Source of the DNA: Fervidicoccaceae archaeon
GTDB lineage: Archaea; Thermoproteota; Thermoprotei_A; Sulfolobales; Fervidicoccaceae
NCBI GenBank assembly: GCA_038734945.1
Contig: JAVYOA010000002.1
Location: forward strand, 186,001 to 250,000
Direction: 5' to 3'
Length of the DNA: 64,000 bases
Shown: piece after piece, positions 40,531 to 51,033 of the stretch
Numbering within the stretch: the first letter of the stretch is position 1
Layout: every line of letters begins with the position of its first letter
Translations under genes and position numbers: made by a program
The notes under the pieces: generated by a model
Databases searched by the model: none
What the model was told of the DNA's origin: nothing
The model's input: the letters and a program-made list of their open reading frames with translations, nothing else

Positions 40531-41322
40531 TCATATTATCCTTGTACCCCTCACATCAGCTCCAAGAAGTGCTCCCAGCACTCTTTCCTCAATTCTTCCA
40601 TTGATTATAAGGACTTCTGGTCTTTGAGATAGAGATGAGAGATAGCTGTAGATCTTCATAATTTTCCCCAACAGCCCGCTAGTCACATCAACTGTTCCGT
40701 TACTCGTGAAGCTTATTTCACTGATGATTTTGGGTATGTCCTCGGCTCTAATTGTCTCAATCAAGGTTAAAGGGTTCGAAGGATTTCTCATAACGCCATC
40801 CACATCTGTAGCAAAAATTATCCTATCGGCTCCGATTCTGCTTCCCATCATGAGAGCCAGATCATCGCCTGATATGATCTTGGGTTCGCATCCCCTTTCT
40901 CCAAGCACAACATCTCCAAATGTAACTGGCAGCAATCCTGCATCAGCAGCCTCATAGAGAGGCTCGAGGGAACAGTTGAACCTTGATTCTCTGCAGGAGT
41001 AAAGGCACATGCTGTGGGGAGGATAGGTGACTGCTCTGAGCCCAGCTCTTAGCAAATGGGTCATCACAATGCTGTTGAGATTCATCATGGCAGAGGAAAT
41101 GCCTGGAACGGAAGTTGGGTGAAGCTTCCCATGCTTATCGATCTCGCTCTTGGCAGCTACATGCCCAAAGGATCCACCTCCGTGGACAACTAAAATTAAA
41201 GCACCTTTATCTTGAGCCTCTTTCATCCTTCTCGCCAGAGATTGAATGATTTCCTCTCTTGCTGTGTATGCCTTGGCCTTATCAGTTATCAGGCTTCCTC
41301 CAAGCTTAAGAACAACTTTCAT
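40531..41322 (-). CDS. ipk: Isopentenyl phosphate kinase
   Basis: KLGGSLITDK, HGGGSFGH, ISGDD, DVDGV, DVTSG; upstream of fni. Confidence 0.9.
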   Translation of the reverse strand: MKVVLKLGGSLITDKAKAYTAREEIIQSLARRMKEAQDKGALILVVHGGGSFGHVAAKSEIDKHGKLHPTSVPGISSAMMNLNSIVMTHLLRAGLRAVTYPPHSMCLYSCRESRFNCSLEPLYEAADAGLLPVTFGDVVLGERGCEPKIISGDDLALMMGSRIGADRIIFATDVDGVMRNPSNPLTLIETIRAEDIPKIISEISFTSNGTVDVTSGLLGKIMKIYSYLSSLSQRPEVLIINGRIEERVLGALLGADVRGTRII

Positions 41323-42095
41323 TTTTTTCTGCCACCCCCTATTCTGTAGAAGCACAGGGCTGATGGAGTGTCAAAAGAGTAAACCCCTTGTCTCATCGTT
41401 GGAACGCCATACATATAATGAAAAAGGGAATTTATGCCCCTCTCTGAAAGATTCCTCTTCTCCTCATTTTCCTCCAGGATTGATTCATAGTGATCAAAAA
41501 GGAAAAGGGAGTTCATTTTGGCTATGAGATCCGCCATCCTCTGCTCCAAAACAGGGGCATTTCCAATTCTCAACCTTTTCTTTGGGTAAACATCAATGGG
41601 AGGAGTGCTTATTTCCCTCAACTCAGAGGCTGAAAAGAGAAGAGATATCTTCTTCCTCGTGGCAATGGAAAGAGATTTACCAAGATTCCTGAAAAAGCCC
41701 AAACGCTCAGATAGGATCCCCTCAACTATCTCGTCCTTATCCTCATCCGAAAAGCTCTCCTCATAGTACTGTGAGGTTAGATCTATCAGCTTGAGAAGAG
41801 AGGAGACAAGCATTGATGGGATGAAGCAGCTGTGCTCCGTCTCCACATATACCCTGAGGAGAAAGGAATCGGGAAGGGCTTCCTTCACGATAACGTTCAT
41901 GGCATTTCTCAGCTGGCGAAGCGCTTCTCTACAAATTTTCCCCTCTATTTTTACTGCCCTCTTTCCAGATCTCGAAATATTCAGTTCCACTGCGAAAAAT
42001 GCTGAAGTTTTGTATATGAGGATGTGAGGATCCCTATCGGGGACTGGAACAAATAGAGGCAGATATAGGCTTTCCAAACTTTTCATCAATATCAC
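41319..42095 (-). CDS. Hypothetical protein in the mevalonate kinase position, probable degenerate GHMP fold
   Basis: Translationally coupled between amrB and ipk; lacks PxGxGLGSSA. Confidence 0.7.
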   Translation of the reverse strand: MILMKSLESLYLPLFVPVPDRDPHILIYKTSAFFAVELNISRSGKRAVKIEGKICREALRQLRNAMNVIVKEALPDSFLLRVYVETEHSCFIPSMLVSSLLKLIDLTSQYYEESFSDEDKDEIVEGILSERLGFFRNLGKSLSIATRKKISLLFSASELREISTPPIDVYPKKRLRIGNAPVLEQRMADLIAKMNSLFLFDHYESILEENEEKRNLSERGINSLFHYMYGVPTMRQGVYSFDTPSALCFYRIGGGRKK

Positions 42096-42958
42096 TTTCT
42101 AAGGGAAAAGCGAGCAGAGAGATACCCAACCACTGCATCCCTCTCTCCTGTCACATCCCCGGATGTTGCATATTTGAGTAGCTCCGCTCTGCCACCGAGG
42201 ATTCTTGAGAGGTGCATTAGAACCATAACCCCACCAGGACCACACATTGAGACATCGTTCTTCACAATATGCTCGAAGAACTTTCTAGTATCTCCTTGTG
42301 CTATCTTCTCGAATGTTTCCAGATCTTTTTTCATGACAAGATCGTGGGGTTCGTAGTGCGACATATCTGTGCTAGCAATGAATATAGCGTCTCTGCCAAG
42401 CTTCTTTACTCCCTCCAGCAGCTCCTCAGCAAGGGCCTCAGCAGTCCTCGGAGACTGCTCCTTCATGGCAATAGGAAGGATCCTTGGCGCTTCACTATAG
42501 ATGAACTGAATGAAGGGGAGCTGTACCTCAATGCTATGCTCGTAGAGATGGGCGCTGAACTCTGGCAGAGCTACCCTGGAGTTGGCTATCATGTAATCCC
42601 TCAGCTCAACATCTACTTCAACCCTTCCAAGAGGTGTCCTCCAGTACTTCCATGGAGCAAGTGATACGCTGGGACCTAAGCCTGTGTGGTTTGGACCTAT
42701 TATGATTATGGTCTGCGGCTTCTTCTCCCTTGAAAGAGATAGGTACGTGTGGGCTGCCACAGGACCAGAATAAAGATATCCAGCATGAGGCGAAATATAT
42801 CCTATTGATGCTCTCTCAGTTCCAGCAACCTTCTCTGGAAGATTGCCTGGACCTATAGGATGAAGAAATGCCCTCCTTATCTGCTCTTCAAGCGAGCTTC
42901 TCCTCAGCTCATAGAATGTTCCAGCAGCTACGGGTTCCCGCTCTGGCTCAACTGTCAA
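42092..42958 (-). CDS. amrB: AmmeMemoRadiSam system protein B (MEMO1 family)
   Basis: [39 protein letters not shown]. Confidence 0.93.
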   Translation of the reverse strand: MTVEPEREPVAAGTFYELRRSSLEEQIRRAFLHPIGPGNLPEKVAGTERASIGYISPHAGYLYSGPVAAHTYLSLSREKKPQTIIIIGPNHTGLGPSVSLAPWKYWRTPLGRVEVDVELRDYMIANSRVALPEFSAHLYEHSIEVQLPFIQFIYSEAPRILPIAMKEQSPRTAEALAEELLEGVKKLGRDAIFIASTDMSHYEPHDLVMKKDLETFEKIAQGDTRKFFEHIVKNDVSMCGPGGVMVLMHLSRILGGRAELLKYATSGDVTGERDAVVGYLSARFSLRK

Positions 42959-43617
42959 GCCTTTCCACCAATTTTTGTTTCGAAGGCATCGGGCGACTCA
43001 GGAAGATCTGCATTTGGAAGCAGCTCTCCCCTCTCTCTCAGAACCTGACGCGTCAGAATCCAATAGAGAAGGGCAAGGCTCCTTCTTCCCTTGTTGTTGG
43101 CAGGAATTACGAGATCTATTCCCTCTATCCTGTTATCAGTATCGCTGAAAGCTACTACAGGAATTCCTATTCTGAAGGCCTCTGTTATAATCTGCTGATC
43201 CGCCCTAGGATCTGTTACAAGAACCAGCTCTGGTTCCATGTAGTACTCCAAATGCGGGTTGGTGAGGATCCCTGGGATGATTCTGCCAGTTATGCTCTTT
43301 GCCCTTGTGTACTGAGAAAACTTCTTGACGGATTGATGCCCGTACTGCCTAACGCTGACTGCTACTACCTTTTCTGGCTCGTATCTAGCTATCATCTTGG
43401 AGGCAACTCTCAGCCTCTCATCTATCTTCCTCACATCCAGCACATAGAGACCATCTGGTCTTATTCTGTAGACGAACTCCCTTATTGCCTTGTTGCAGAC
43501 ATACGTTCCTATATGCACTCCCGCTGCAAGGTACTGATCAATTGGTACTAGAAGCTCGAGAGCATGGGACTCTATTTCACTCTTCATCTTGCTTTCTTCA
43601 TTTGACAATGGAATCAC
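42955..43617 (-). CDS. rpsB: 30S ribosomal protein S2
   Basis: [29 protein letters not shown]. Confidence 0.97.
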   Translation of the reverse strand: MIPLSNEESKMKSEIESHALELLVPIDQYLAAGVHIGTYVCNKAIREFVYRIRPDGLYVLDVRKIDERLRVASKMIARYEPEKVVAVSVRQYGHQSVKKFSQYTRAKSITGRIIPGILTNPHLEYYMEPELVLVTDPRADQQIITEAFRIGIPVVAFSDTDNRIEGIDLVIPANNKGRRSLALLYWILTRQVLRERGELLPNADLPESPDAFETKIGGKA

Positions 43618-43814
43618 CTCATGGGCTTGAACTTTATCACTTGATCTATCAACTCAACATGTGAGATGAGGGTTCTTCTGCAGCAATACCTCGTAACTCC
43701 CAGATCATCGAGCACCTTGTCTGGGTCTTCTCCATTCTCAACCCTCTGCTTGAATGGCTCCCAAAGATGCCCTATGGGCTTTCCGCATGTATAGCATCTC
43801 ACCGGAATAATCAA
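43614..43814 (-). CDS. rpoN: RNA polymerase subunit Rpo10 (RpoN)
   Basis: [11 protein letters not shown]...RYCCRR. Confidence 0.97.
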   Translation of the reverse strand: MIIPVRCYTCGKPIGHLWEPFKQRVENGEDPDKVLDDLGVTRYCCRRTLISHVELIDQVIKFKPMR

Positions 43815-43820
43815 AATTCA

Positions 43821-44222
43821 TCACCTGTAGGACTTCTGCCACCTTCTTCTGGCGCTGTACCTCATGTACTTTTCTGGCTCGGTCTGTCTCGGATCCCCAG
43901 CAAGCATTACCCTGTCATACTCGAGAAATATTCGTTTCAGCTGCTCGCTCTCAAAGAACTTCACAAGACCTCGGGATATAGCAGTCCTCACAGCATCAGC
44001 CTGAGCCATTACTCCTCCTCCATTAACTCTAACAACAATATCAACCTTTCCCCTGAGCTCACTTCCAAGAAGCATTATTGGCTCCATAACTTTGTTTCTG
44101 AAAAGCTCTATTGGATGCAGCTCAAGAGGAATTTCGTTTATGTAAACCCTTCCCTTTCCTTCCTTTATTAGAGCTCTAGCAACCGCAGTCTTTCTCTTTG
44201 CTGCTGAAAGGACAAACTTCAT
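43821..44222 (-). CDS. rps9: 30S ribosomal protein S9
   Basis: KRKTAVARA, GGGVMAQA, QKSYR. Confidence 0.97.
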   Translation of the reverse strand: MKFVLSAAKRKTAVARALIKEGKGRVYINEIPLELHPIELFRNKVMEPIMLLGSELRGKVDIVVRVNGGGVMAQADAVRTAISRGLVKFFESEQLKRIFLEYDRVMLAGDPRQTEPEKYMRYSARRRWQKSYR

Positions 44223-44680
44223 GCTTTTACACCCCATCCTAGAGCTCTTGCGAGCTCACCAACAGTTATTCGCTTGGATTTCAGCTTTGAGGAATCTGCC
44301 TCCTCTAGCCTCAAGAAATTCCTTCCCTCCAGCTCTTTGGGAATGCCTATATAAACTTTCAGGTTCTTATATGCTTCCTTCCCTCTTGGCTTATTTGGAA
44401 GCATGCCCTTCACTGTCCTCTTTACTATACCAGATGGAGTTCTTGGCCTCCTCATTCCCTGCTTTTCGGGATTTCTGAAGGTCCTCACCTTCCATAGGTT
44501 TCTGTATCCCTCAACAACCCTCTTCATGTCGCCGCTCAGAACAGCCTTTTCAGCATTGACTACTGTAACCTTCTTTCCCTGAAGCAGCATCTTTGCTATT
44601 GTGGAGGCCATTCTCCCCAATATTAAGCCTGAAGCGTCTATGAAAACTTCCTCTTCCTTTGCCTGCATGCCTATCACCAT
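44219..44680 (-). CDS. rpl13: 50S ribosomal protein L13
   Basis: ILGRMAS, VVNAEK, RTVKGMLP, LKVYIGIP. Confidence 0.96.
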   Translation of the reverse strand: MVIGMQAKEEEVFIDASGLILGRMASTIAKMLLQGKKVTVVNAEKAVLSGDMKRVVEGYRNLWKVRTFRNPEKQGMRRPRTPSGIVKRTVKGMLPNKPRGKEAYKNLKVYIGIPKELEGRNFLRLEEADSSKLKSKRITVGELARALGWGVKA

Positions 44681-44682
44681 TG

Positions 44683-45060
44683 CTACTTGATTATTTTGAT
44701 CCTTGATCCTTTCAACTGCGAAGCAATTTCCTGTGAGCTAGCAGTTTCTCCAAGTAAAAGGATTCTGCATCCTGCACTGTTCAATTTCTCAAATGCTTTC
44801 TGCGAAAAGCTCTCAGCAATAACAGTAATTTTCTTCTCAATCTTACCAGCACCGAGGACTTTTCCAGGAACAATAATTACCTCTCCACTGCTTGAATACC
44901 TGTTTATCTTAGACAGATTAACTGCAATTCTCCTTCTCCTTGGAGAGCTGAGGAGCTCTGCAACTCTCTCCCATAGGCTTTGACCTGTTTTAGCAGAGAG
45001 GCCTCTCAGTCCTCTTATAACCTTTCTCCTGTGTAAGTTCGTTGTTCCCGTCCTGCTCAT
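44683..45060 (-). CDS. rpl18e: 50S ribosomal protein L18e
   Basis: AVNLSKINRY, VPGKVLGAG. Confidence 0.96.
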   Translation of the reverse strand: MSRTGTTNLHRRKVIRGLRGLSAKTGQSLWERVAELLSSPRRRRIAVNLSKINRYSSSGEVIIVPGKVLGAGKIEKKITVIAESFSQKAFEKLNSAGCRILLLGETASSQEIASQLKGSRIKIIK

Positions 45061-45905
45061 TATGCCTCACTCTCTATTTTGTTCAGTATATCCTCAAACT
45101 GCTTCAGCTTCTCCCTCAGTACCGAGAGGGAGAGCCTAATAATTGTCTGAGGGGAAAGGGATCCTGTTGACTCCAGCCTTAGAATCCTCTCATTATCAAG
45201 ATAATTAACCTTAATGCATCCCCTGCATTCCTTCTCCTCGCAGAATCTCAGAATGCTTGTATTCGAAAAATTTTCAATCTTTATTTCCCCCTTCTTTTTC
45301 CTCGAGATCTCCTCCGCGAGTTCTTGACTGAAGCTTGATATGCACTTTAGGCAGGCTGTGCTATCCTGGCAGTAGGATAAATCATATTCTACCAGGGGAA
45401 TAGATAGGAGGAGTGAAAGCGAGACTGGACTCCACTTTATGTGCTCCTTCCCTCTTCCTAGCCTTAGCTCGAGCTCTACTGCTATCTTCTGCCCTTTTCC
45501 AAGAACTATTATGGGGATCTCAGGTATGGCTGGATAGACTTGGGGATCCTCGAGCCTTATGTCCCTTGCATAAACTACCTTTTTTTCGCTGTCCTGATTT
45601 GAGACCTCGAGATAAGCCCTTGTATAGCATCCCTCGCACTGAGGGCACTCCATGCATTTCTCCGGTGAGCCATACTTCTCTATTGCCTCCTCGCTGTGGA
45701 ATGGAATCATCGCTAATCTGTGAGCAAGCACCTCGTCATGGAGAATTGAGTTATTCTCCAGAACCAGCACGCTGTCGACAGCCATTGTCGGGACCTCCTC
45801 TATCATCAGCCTTCGCACAGCTGAGAGCAGCTCAGTCGGAGCTCCCACCACTCTTAGCTCAGCAGTTTCTCCCTTTACTGAAACGCTCTTGATTTCCATA
45901 GACAT
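45060..45905 (-). CDS. rpoD: RNA polymerase subunit Rpo3 (RpoD)
   Basis: RRLMIEEVPTMA, NNSILHDEVLAHRLAMIP, GRGKEHIKWSP, ESTGSL. Confidence 0.96.
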   Translation of the reverse strand: MSMEIKSVSVKGETAELRVVGAPTELLSAVRRLMIEEVPTMAVDSVLVLENNSILHDEVLAHRLAMIPFHSEEAIEKYGSPEKCMECPQCEGCYTRAYLEVSNQDSEKKVVYARDIRLEDPQVYPAIPEIPIIVLGKGQKIAVELELRLGRGKEHIKWSPVSLSLLLSIPLVEYDLSYCQDSTACLKCISSFSQELAEEISRKKKGEIKIENFSNTSILRFCEEKECRGCIKVNYLDNERILRLESTGSLSPQTIIRLSLSVLREKLKQFEDILNKIESEA

Positions 45906-45923
45906 GACCTTTTGAATGCTCTC

Positions 45924-46334
45924 TTAGACTCTCCTTCCTCTTCTTCCTCCAGGTCTCCTTGTGGAGTCGTGCGGTATGGGAGTAACGTCCTCTATTCTCC
46001 CTATTATGAAGCCAGATCTTGCCAAAGCCCTTATTGCTGCCTGCGCTCCAGGTCCTGGAGTTTTAAGTCCATGTCCTCCGGGTGCTCTAACCTTTATGTG
46101 AATCGCCGTTATGCCTCTCTCCATAGCCAACTGTGCAGCTCTTGAGGAGCTTATCATTGCTGCATATGGAGAGGGCTTCTCCCTGTCAGCCTTAACAACC
46201 ATGCCGCCTGAAACTCTTGAGGCAGTCTCTGCTCCAGAGAGATCGGTAATATGAACTATTGTGTTGTTCAAGCTTGAGTAGATATGTGCTATACCCCACT
46301 TTAGCTCTCTAGAAGAAAGCGCCATTGCTCTCAC
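45924..46334 (-). CDS. rps11: 30S ribosomal protein S11
   Basis: [33 protein letters not shown]. Confidence 0.97.
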   Translation of the reverse strand: MRAMALSSRELKWGIAHIYSSLNNTIVHITDLSGAETASRVSGGMVVKADREKPSPYAAMISSSRAAQLAMERGITAIHIKVRAPGGHGLKTPGPGAQAAIRALARSGFIIGRIEDVTPIPHDSTRRPGGRRGRRV

Positions 46335-46837
46335 CTCGCCTCCTCAAGCATCTTTCTGAACGGACTTCCGGGAAGTATCTCGACAAGATCCTCCTCAGCC
46401 CTGCTTACCAAGTATCCGGGACTTGTAACCCTCCTACCTGCAATTCCAATGTGACCATGAACTATGAGCTGTCTAGCCTGATATGGAGTTCTTGCCAAAC
46501 CCTTCTGATATACTATTGTCTGAAGTCTCCTGTTGAGGATCTGCTCAACTGAAATTGAAAGGAGATCATCCAGCGTTGACCTCTCTCCAACTATTCCCAG
46601 AGCCACAAGCCTTCTTATGAGCCCCTCTTCCTCAGCCTTTCTTGCAGATTCAGGCAGTGCCTGAAGCTGCCTTGCCCTGTGCCTGATCTTCCTGGCCATT
46701 GTCTGGGCTATCCATATTTCCCTCTTGTTTCTCAGGCCATATTTGCCCATGATTCTCATTTCTGTTTCAAGTCTTGCCTTATCCCAGGGATGCCCAGGAC
46801 CACTCCACTTTTTCCTGAGCTTTCTCGGATCGCCCAC
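46331..46837 (-). CDS. rps4: 30S ribosomal protein S4
   Basis: [28 protein letters not shown]. Confidence 0.97.
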   Translation of the reverse strand: MGDPRKLRKKWSGPGHPWDKARLETEMRIMGKYGLRNKREIWIAQTMARKIRHRARQLQALPESARKAEEEGLIRRLVALGIVGERSTLDDLLSISVEQILNRRLQTIVYQKGLARTPYQARQLIVHGHIGIAGRRVTSPGYLVSRAEEDLVEILPGSPFRKMLEEAR

Positions 46838-46842
46838 TCAGA

Positions 46843-47328
46843 TCACCCCTGCCCTCCAGGCTGCTGCTTCTTGCCCTTCTTTGAAACTCCCACCGTCACT
46901 CCGAGCCTTCCAGTTGTATGGGTTCTCTGTCCTCTAACCTTTAGGCCCAGAGCATGCCTAATTCCCCTCCAGCTCTTGATCTTCTTCTCCCTCTCTATGT
47001 CCTGCTTAACCCTGAATATTAGCTCTGAGCCAATCAGATGGAAATCCTCCCCAGTCTCTATGTCCTTTCTCCTGTTGAACATCCAGGAAGGAAGGAGCTT
47101 TTCTTCGTGAATGCTCGAAATGGCTCTTTCTATTCGCTCTATTTCCTCATCGCTCAAGAAGCCAGTCCTCTTCTCTGGATCTATGTTCAGCCTCCTGAGG
47201 AGAGTGAAAGCAGTTGTATAGCCTATGCCCTTAATTCCAGCAAGGCCGTAGGCTAGCTTCTTCCTTCCATCAAGATCCGTGCCAGCTACCCTGACTATGT
47301 AGCGGAATCCCTCCTGTTCTGCAGACAT
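46843..47328 (-). CDS. rps13: 30S ribosomal protein S13
   Basis: IKGIG, WRGIRHALGLKVRGQRT. Confidence 0.97.
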   Translation of the reverse strand: MSAEQEGFRYIVRVAGTDLDGRKKLAYGLAGIKGIGYTTAFTLLRRLNIDPEKRTGFLSDEEIERIERAISSIHEEKLLPSWMFNRRKDIETGEDFHLIGSELIFRVKQDIEREKKIKSWRGIRHALGLKVRGQRTHTTGRLGVTVGVSKKGKKQQPGGQG

Positions 47329-47509
47329 GTGAAATCTACGCTCCTGTGAATTCTTTATACATAACCATCAGCTTGAGTATGCGCTTAAGTTATATGGAGT
47401 AAAGGGTTTTTATATTTGATTTTTGCTGCTATCAACATTTATTTAACCTTTCCATAAAAATCAAAAAAGATCTTTTTTTCCTCATAACAAAAAAGCAGCT
47501 GAGAAAGCA

Positions 47510-48883
47510 ATGTCTGGGAAGAAGCTAAGAGTGAGCAAAGAGGAAGTGCTGAAGGGAAGCATATACAAAACAATGATTAAGCTTGGAATACCTCTTGCGC
47601 TCTCGGAAATGGTTCAGGTACTCTATGATTTGGCAAACGTATTCTGGCTTGGAAGGCTTGGAAAGGAGGCAGTTGCAGCTCCATCTGCATCCTGGCCTCT
47701 CATCTCCACTTTCATGGCTGCAATGAGTGGATTGCTCGCTTCGGGAATTTCGCTTGTTTCTCAGTACAAGGGGGCTGATGATGTGGAGGGAATGAAGAAG
47801 AGCGTTGGGCAGGTATACTTCTTGGGGATAGCTGCCAGCATTGTCGCGAGCATCCTAGGCCTTCTCAGCATTCCGCATTTACTCAGAGCAATAGGAATAC
47901 CTGATGACACTTTTCCCTATGCCCTCTCATACTCTAGAATATTCTTCATAAGTACCATATTCATTTCGCTCTGGGAGAGCTTCAGAGCAGTTGTATCGGC
48001 AAGCGGCAATACAGTACTTCCAATGAAGCTGAATGCCTTCGGTATAGCCATGAATGCTTTGCTGGATCCCTTTCTAATATTGGGCCTCGGGCCTTTTCCA
48101 GCTTTAGGAGTAGAGGGAGCAGCAATTTCAACGCTGATCTCCAGATTCATTGTCTCAATAGTGTCGCTCAGGATAATAACAGGAGGATCAATTGGTGTGA
48201 GGCTTGAGAGGAAATATATGAGGCCGGACAAGCAGATGCTGAAGCTAATGCTCAAGATCGGTGCTCCTCTATCTCTCTCCTGGCTCATGGACGGGCTTGG
48301 ATTCACCGTGCTCACCTCTATAATAAGCATGGAGGGCAGCACTGCCCTAGCAGGATGGGGAGTTGGGGATAGGCCAATGAACCTTCTTCACTTTGCAGTG
48401 ATAGGTTTCATAGGAGCCACGAGCATAATGGTTGGACAGAGCCTTGGAGCAGGGCTTCCAGATAGGGCTAGAGAAATAGCAAAAAAGGCTCTAGTCATTG
48501 TCTCAATAGTAGGTTTGCTGGGAGGAATCGCATTTGCAGCTTTTGGAAGATCGATAGCTCTCTCCTTCATAGATGATCCCGATGTTGTTGAAGCTGCAGC
48601 AGAGTTCTTCCTATATATGGGGCTCACGATAGTTTTCTTCGAGATAATACAGCTGATGGGGGCCGTAGCACAAGGCAGCGGACACACCAGGTTCATGATA
48701 TTCATAAGCTTAGTCAGAATATGGCTTATAAGAAATCTCCTAGCTTATTTGCTCGGACCTGGCCCCATTGGGATGGGAATTAGGGGAATATGGATAGGAA
48801 TGTCCCTGAGCAATGTGATTTCCGGAATATTTGCTCTAGCCTGGATAGTAAAAGGAAATTGGTGGAGAGCAGTAATAAAGTGA
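47510..48883 (+). CDS. MATE-family efflux transporter
   Basis: Multiple hydrophobic helices; SQYKGA, LDPFLI, GVEGAAIST, GQSLGAG. Confidence 0.93.
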   Translation: MSGKKLRVSKEEVLKGSIYKTMIKLGIPLALSEMVQVLYDLANVFWLGRLGKEAVAAPSASWPLISTFMAAMSGLLASGISLVSQYKGADDVEGMKKSVGQVYFLGIAASIVASILGLLSIPHLLRAIGIPDDTFPYALSYSRIFFISTIFISLWESFRAVVSASGNTVLPMKLNAFGIAMNALLDPFLILGLGPFPALGVEGAAISTLISRFIVSIVSLRIITGGSIGVRLERKYMRPDKQMLKLMLKIGAPLSLSWLMDGLGFTVLTSIISMEGSTALAGWGVGDRPMNLLHFAVIGFIGATSIMVGQSLGAGLPDRAREIAKKALVIVSIVGLLGGIAFAAFGRSIALSFIDDPDVVEAAAEFFLYMGLTIVFFEIIQLMGAVAQGSGHTRFMIFISLVRIWLIRNLLAYLLGPGPIGMGIRGIWIGMSLSNVISGIFALAWIVKGNWWRAVIK

Positions 48884-48891
48884 AAGATCTT

Positions 48892-49995
48892 TTACTTGAG
48901 AACTTTCTCTCTGATCTCATCGATCCATTGAGAAGATAGGGACTCGTAGAATGCCTTCAGCAGCTCAACCGAGTTGTGGAGATCTCTCAGATCCAGCAAT
49001 TCTACCTGGCTGTGAATGTACCTTGTTGGTATGCTTATCGTCCCAGCAGGAACTCCCTCCTTGTTGAGCTGAATAGCTGAGGAGTCAGTTGTTCCTCCCG
49101 TGAGAACCTCTGCCTGGTAGGGGATCCCCCTGCTTTTAGCAACAGATATGAGCCTCTCAAGAATTTTTGGATGCGTGAGAAGGCCAGAACCGCTTCTTCC
49201 ATCAACAATTTTTATTGCAGGACCCTGCCCTATCTTCGCAACAGCCTCATGCTCCTCGACATCTGGAACATCGTTGGCAGTTGTTGTATCGAGTGCAATG
49301 GCTATGTGTGGAGATATCTGGAAGGCGCTCGTTTTTGCTCCCTTCAAGCCAACCTCCTCCTGAACCGTGGCTACGAAGTAGAGAGTAACTTCCTTAGGCT
49401 CAGACTCTATGAATGCCTTTAGAGCAGCAACAAGGCCAACCCTGTCATCTAGAGCCTTCCCAGTCACTCTGTACTCTGTGAGAGATACAAGCTCCTGGTC
49501 AAATATAATCCTGGAGCCCTTCTCAACTCCAAGAGATAGAGCCTCATCCCTGGAAGAAGCCCCAATGTCTATGAAGAGCTTGTTCATCTCAATGACCTTC
49601 TTCTCCTCCTCTGGAGTTATCAGATGAGGAGGCTTAACTCCTATGACACCTTTTATCCATTTCCCGCTGCTTGTCCTCACCCTTACTCTGCTGCCTGGGA
49701 GCACCCTCTCATTCCATCCCCCTATTGGAGAGAATCTCAGAAAGCCCTTATCATCAATGTGCTTCACTATCAAGCTTATTTCATCCATGTGAGCAGCTAT
49801 CATCAGCTTCCTGTCCGATTCACCTCTCTTCAGAGCTATAACGTTTCCCATGGAATCAATCCAGAGCTTGTCGGAGCTATCCCTCAAATCCTCTATCAGA
49901 ATGCTTCTTACCTCGTCTTCAAGGCCGCTTGGGCCATTTGCATCTGCATATTTCTTTAGGAGAGAGAAGTATTCACTATAGTTAAACTGTTTCAT
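48892..49995 (-). CDS. M42-family metallopeptidase (TET aminopeptidase)
   Basis: AHMDE, GKALDDR, VQEEVG, GTTD, PTRYIHS; start likely ATG 49995. Confidence 0.95.
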   Translation of the reverse strand: MKQFNYSEYFSLLKKYADANGPSGLEDEVRSILIEDLRDSSDKLWIDSMGNVIALKRGESDRKLMIAAHMDEISLIVKHIDDKGFLRFSPIGGWNERVLPGSRVRVRTSSGKWIKGVIGVKPPHLITPEEEKKVIEMNKLFIDIGASSRDEALSLGVEKGSRIIFDQELVSLTEYRVTGKALDDRVGLVAALKAFIESEPKEVTLYFVATVQEEVGLKGAKTSAFQISPHIAIALDTTTANDVPDVEEHEAVAKIGQGPAIKIVDGRSGSGLLTHPKILERLISVAKSRGIPYQAEVLTGGTTDSSAIQLNKEGVPAGTISIPTRYIHSQVELLDLRDLHNSVELLKAFYESLSSQWIDEIREKVLK

Positions 49996-50076
49996 CCAAA
50001 TCATCCTCGCTCTATTTGATTTTTTCGGGTAGATTAAATTTTTATTCTTATTTCGTGAAATCATCCACAGAGAAAT

Positions 50077-50162
50077 GCCGGGGTGCCCGAGCGGACTAAG
50101 GGGCTGGCCTTGAGAGCCAGTTCCCCATTGGGGGAGCGCGGGTTCAAATCCCGCCCCCGGCG
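50077..50162 (+). tRNA. tRNA-Ser(TGA)
   Basis: GCCGGGG/CCCCGGC acceptor, CTGGC-CT TGA GA-GCCAG anticodon arm, long variable arm, G73. Confidence 0.96.
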
Positions 50163-50221
50163 CCTAGACTCCTCGTGAACCTTGCGATTTCTTCCAAGGA
50201 GCCAATAAACTTGTCTCTAGG

Positions 50222-50262
50222 CTGACCTCCTCCCCGCCCTAAGGGGCGAGGCTTTCGGGATT
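50222..50262 (-). mobile_element. 41-bp minimal IS200/IS605-type palindrome element
   Basis: Minus strand TTAC|AATCCCGAAAGCCTCGCCCCTTAGGGCGGGGAGGAGGTCAG: target-like tetramer, one imperfect GC hairpin, TCAG end. Confidence 0.8.
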
Positions 50263-50274
50263 GTAAAAAGCTAT

Positions 50275-51033
50275 TCACTGGGAAGGTATTGTGGTTCTTG
50301 CCTCTGGATAGATCTCCAGGACTTTTCTAACTATTTCCTCCTGTATTAATGGAAGCTTGGATGCGTTTACAAGCTCCAAAACAACATCGAAAGCATACTC
50401 GTTTTTCCCGGCCCTCATGAGTATCTCCGGATCTGATGCCAGCTCCGGCCTTACGAGAGATGCTATCTCCCTAAGCCTATCTATAACTTCCACTGGATTC
50501 CTGCTCTGTGGAAGGAGAAAGGAAATGATATGAATCGATCCTATGTGCGTAGTTCTGTTAACTATTATTGAGGATGCAAGCTTTGTATTAGGAATAAATA
50601 TTCTTTCCCTCTTTGCGCTCTCCAGAACTATTCCAGATTCTTTTTCCTCTATGACCCTGCCATACTGTCCATCAACCTCTATCCAATCTCCCAACTTGAT
50701 CAATCCAGTTCCCCTCACAGCATACTGCGCTCCCCAGTTTCTCAGAGAATCGGAGAATGCTATTATGAGAGCGAGCCCAACAAGAAGGAGAAGGGTGGTT
50801 AGTATAGATGCCTCAGGAGATATGATTGCAATTGCGATTAGAGCTGCAACAAGATATATGATATACCTGATTACATCCTCTATCTCCTTCCTCACTCTCC
50901 TATCCATGGATCCAGCAACCCTGTCAAGTATGCGGGATATGTACTTGGTAAGGAAGTATATTGCTAATACGAAGGCTCCTGCGGCGAGCAGCCTCAGGAG
51001 GAGGAGAACAACAGGGCTTTCAAGCAGGCTCAA
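50275..51033 (-). CDS. MscS-family mechanosensitive channel
   Basis: Three N-terminal TM segments, IKLGDWIEVDGQYGRV, IFIPNTKL; TTG start after GGAGGTG overlaps the HAD stop. Confidence 0.9.
   Translation of the reverse strand: MSLLESPVVLLLLRLLAAGAFVLAIYFLTKYISRILDRVAGSMDRRVRKEIEDVIRYIIYLVAALIAIAIISPEASILTTLLLLVGLALIIAFSDSLRNWGAQYAVRGTGLIKLGDWIEVDGQYGRVIEEKESGIVLESAKRERIFIPNTKLASSIIVNRTTHIGSIHIISFLLPQSRNPVEVIDRLREIASLVRPELASDPEILMRAGKNEYAFDVVLELVNASKLPLIQEEIVRKVLEIYPEARTTIPSQ

Noticed and set aside
42868..43551. Long antisense ORFs (also 50543-51148, 51124-51825, 53251-53601 and many shorter ones)
   Set aside because: Shadow frames opposite well-conserved genes, with no motifs of their own
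50077..50275. Provirus or integrative element attached at tRNA-Ser
   Set aside because: No integrase; the only repeat of the tRNA 3' end is the intact tRNA-Cys gene, with core genes in between
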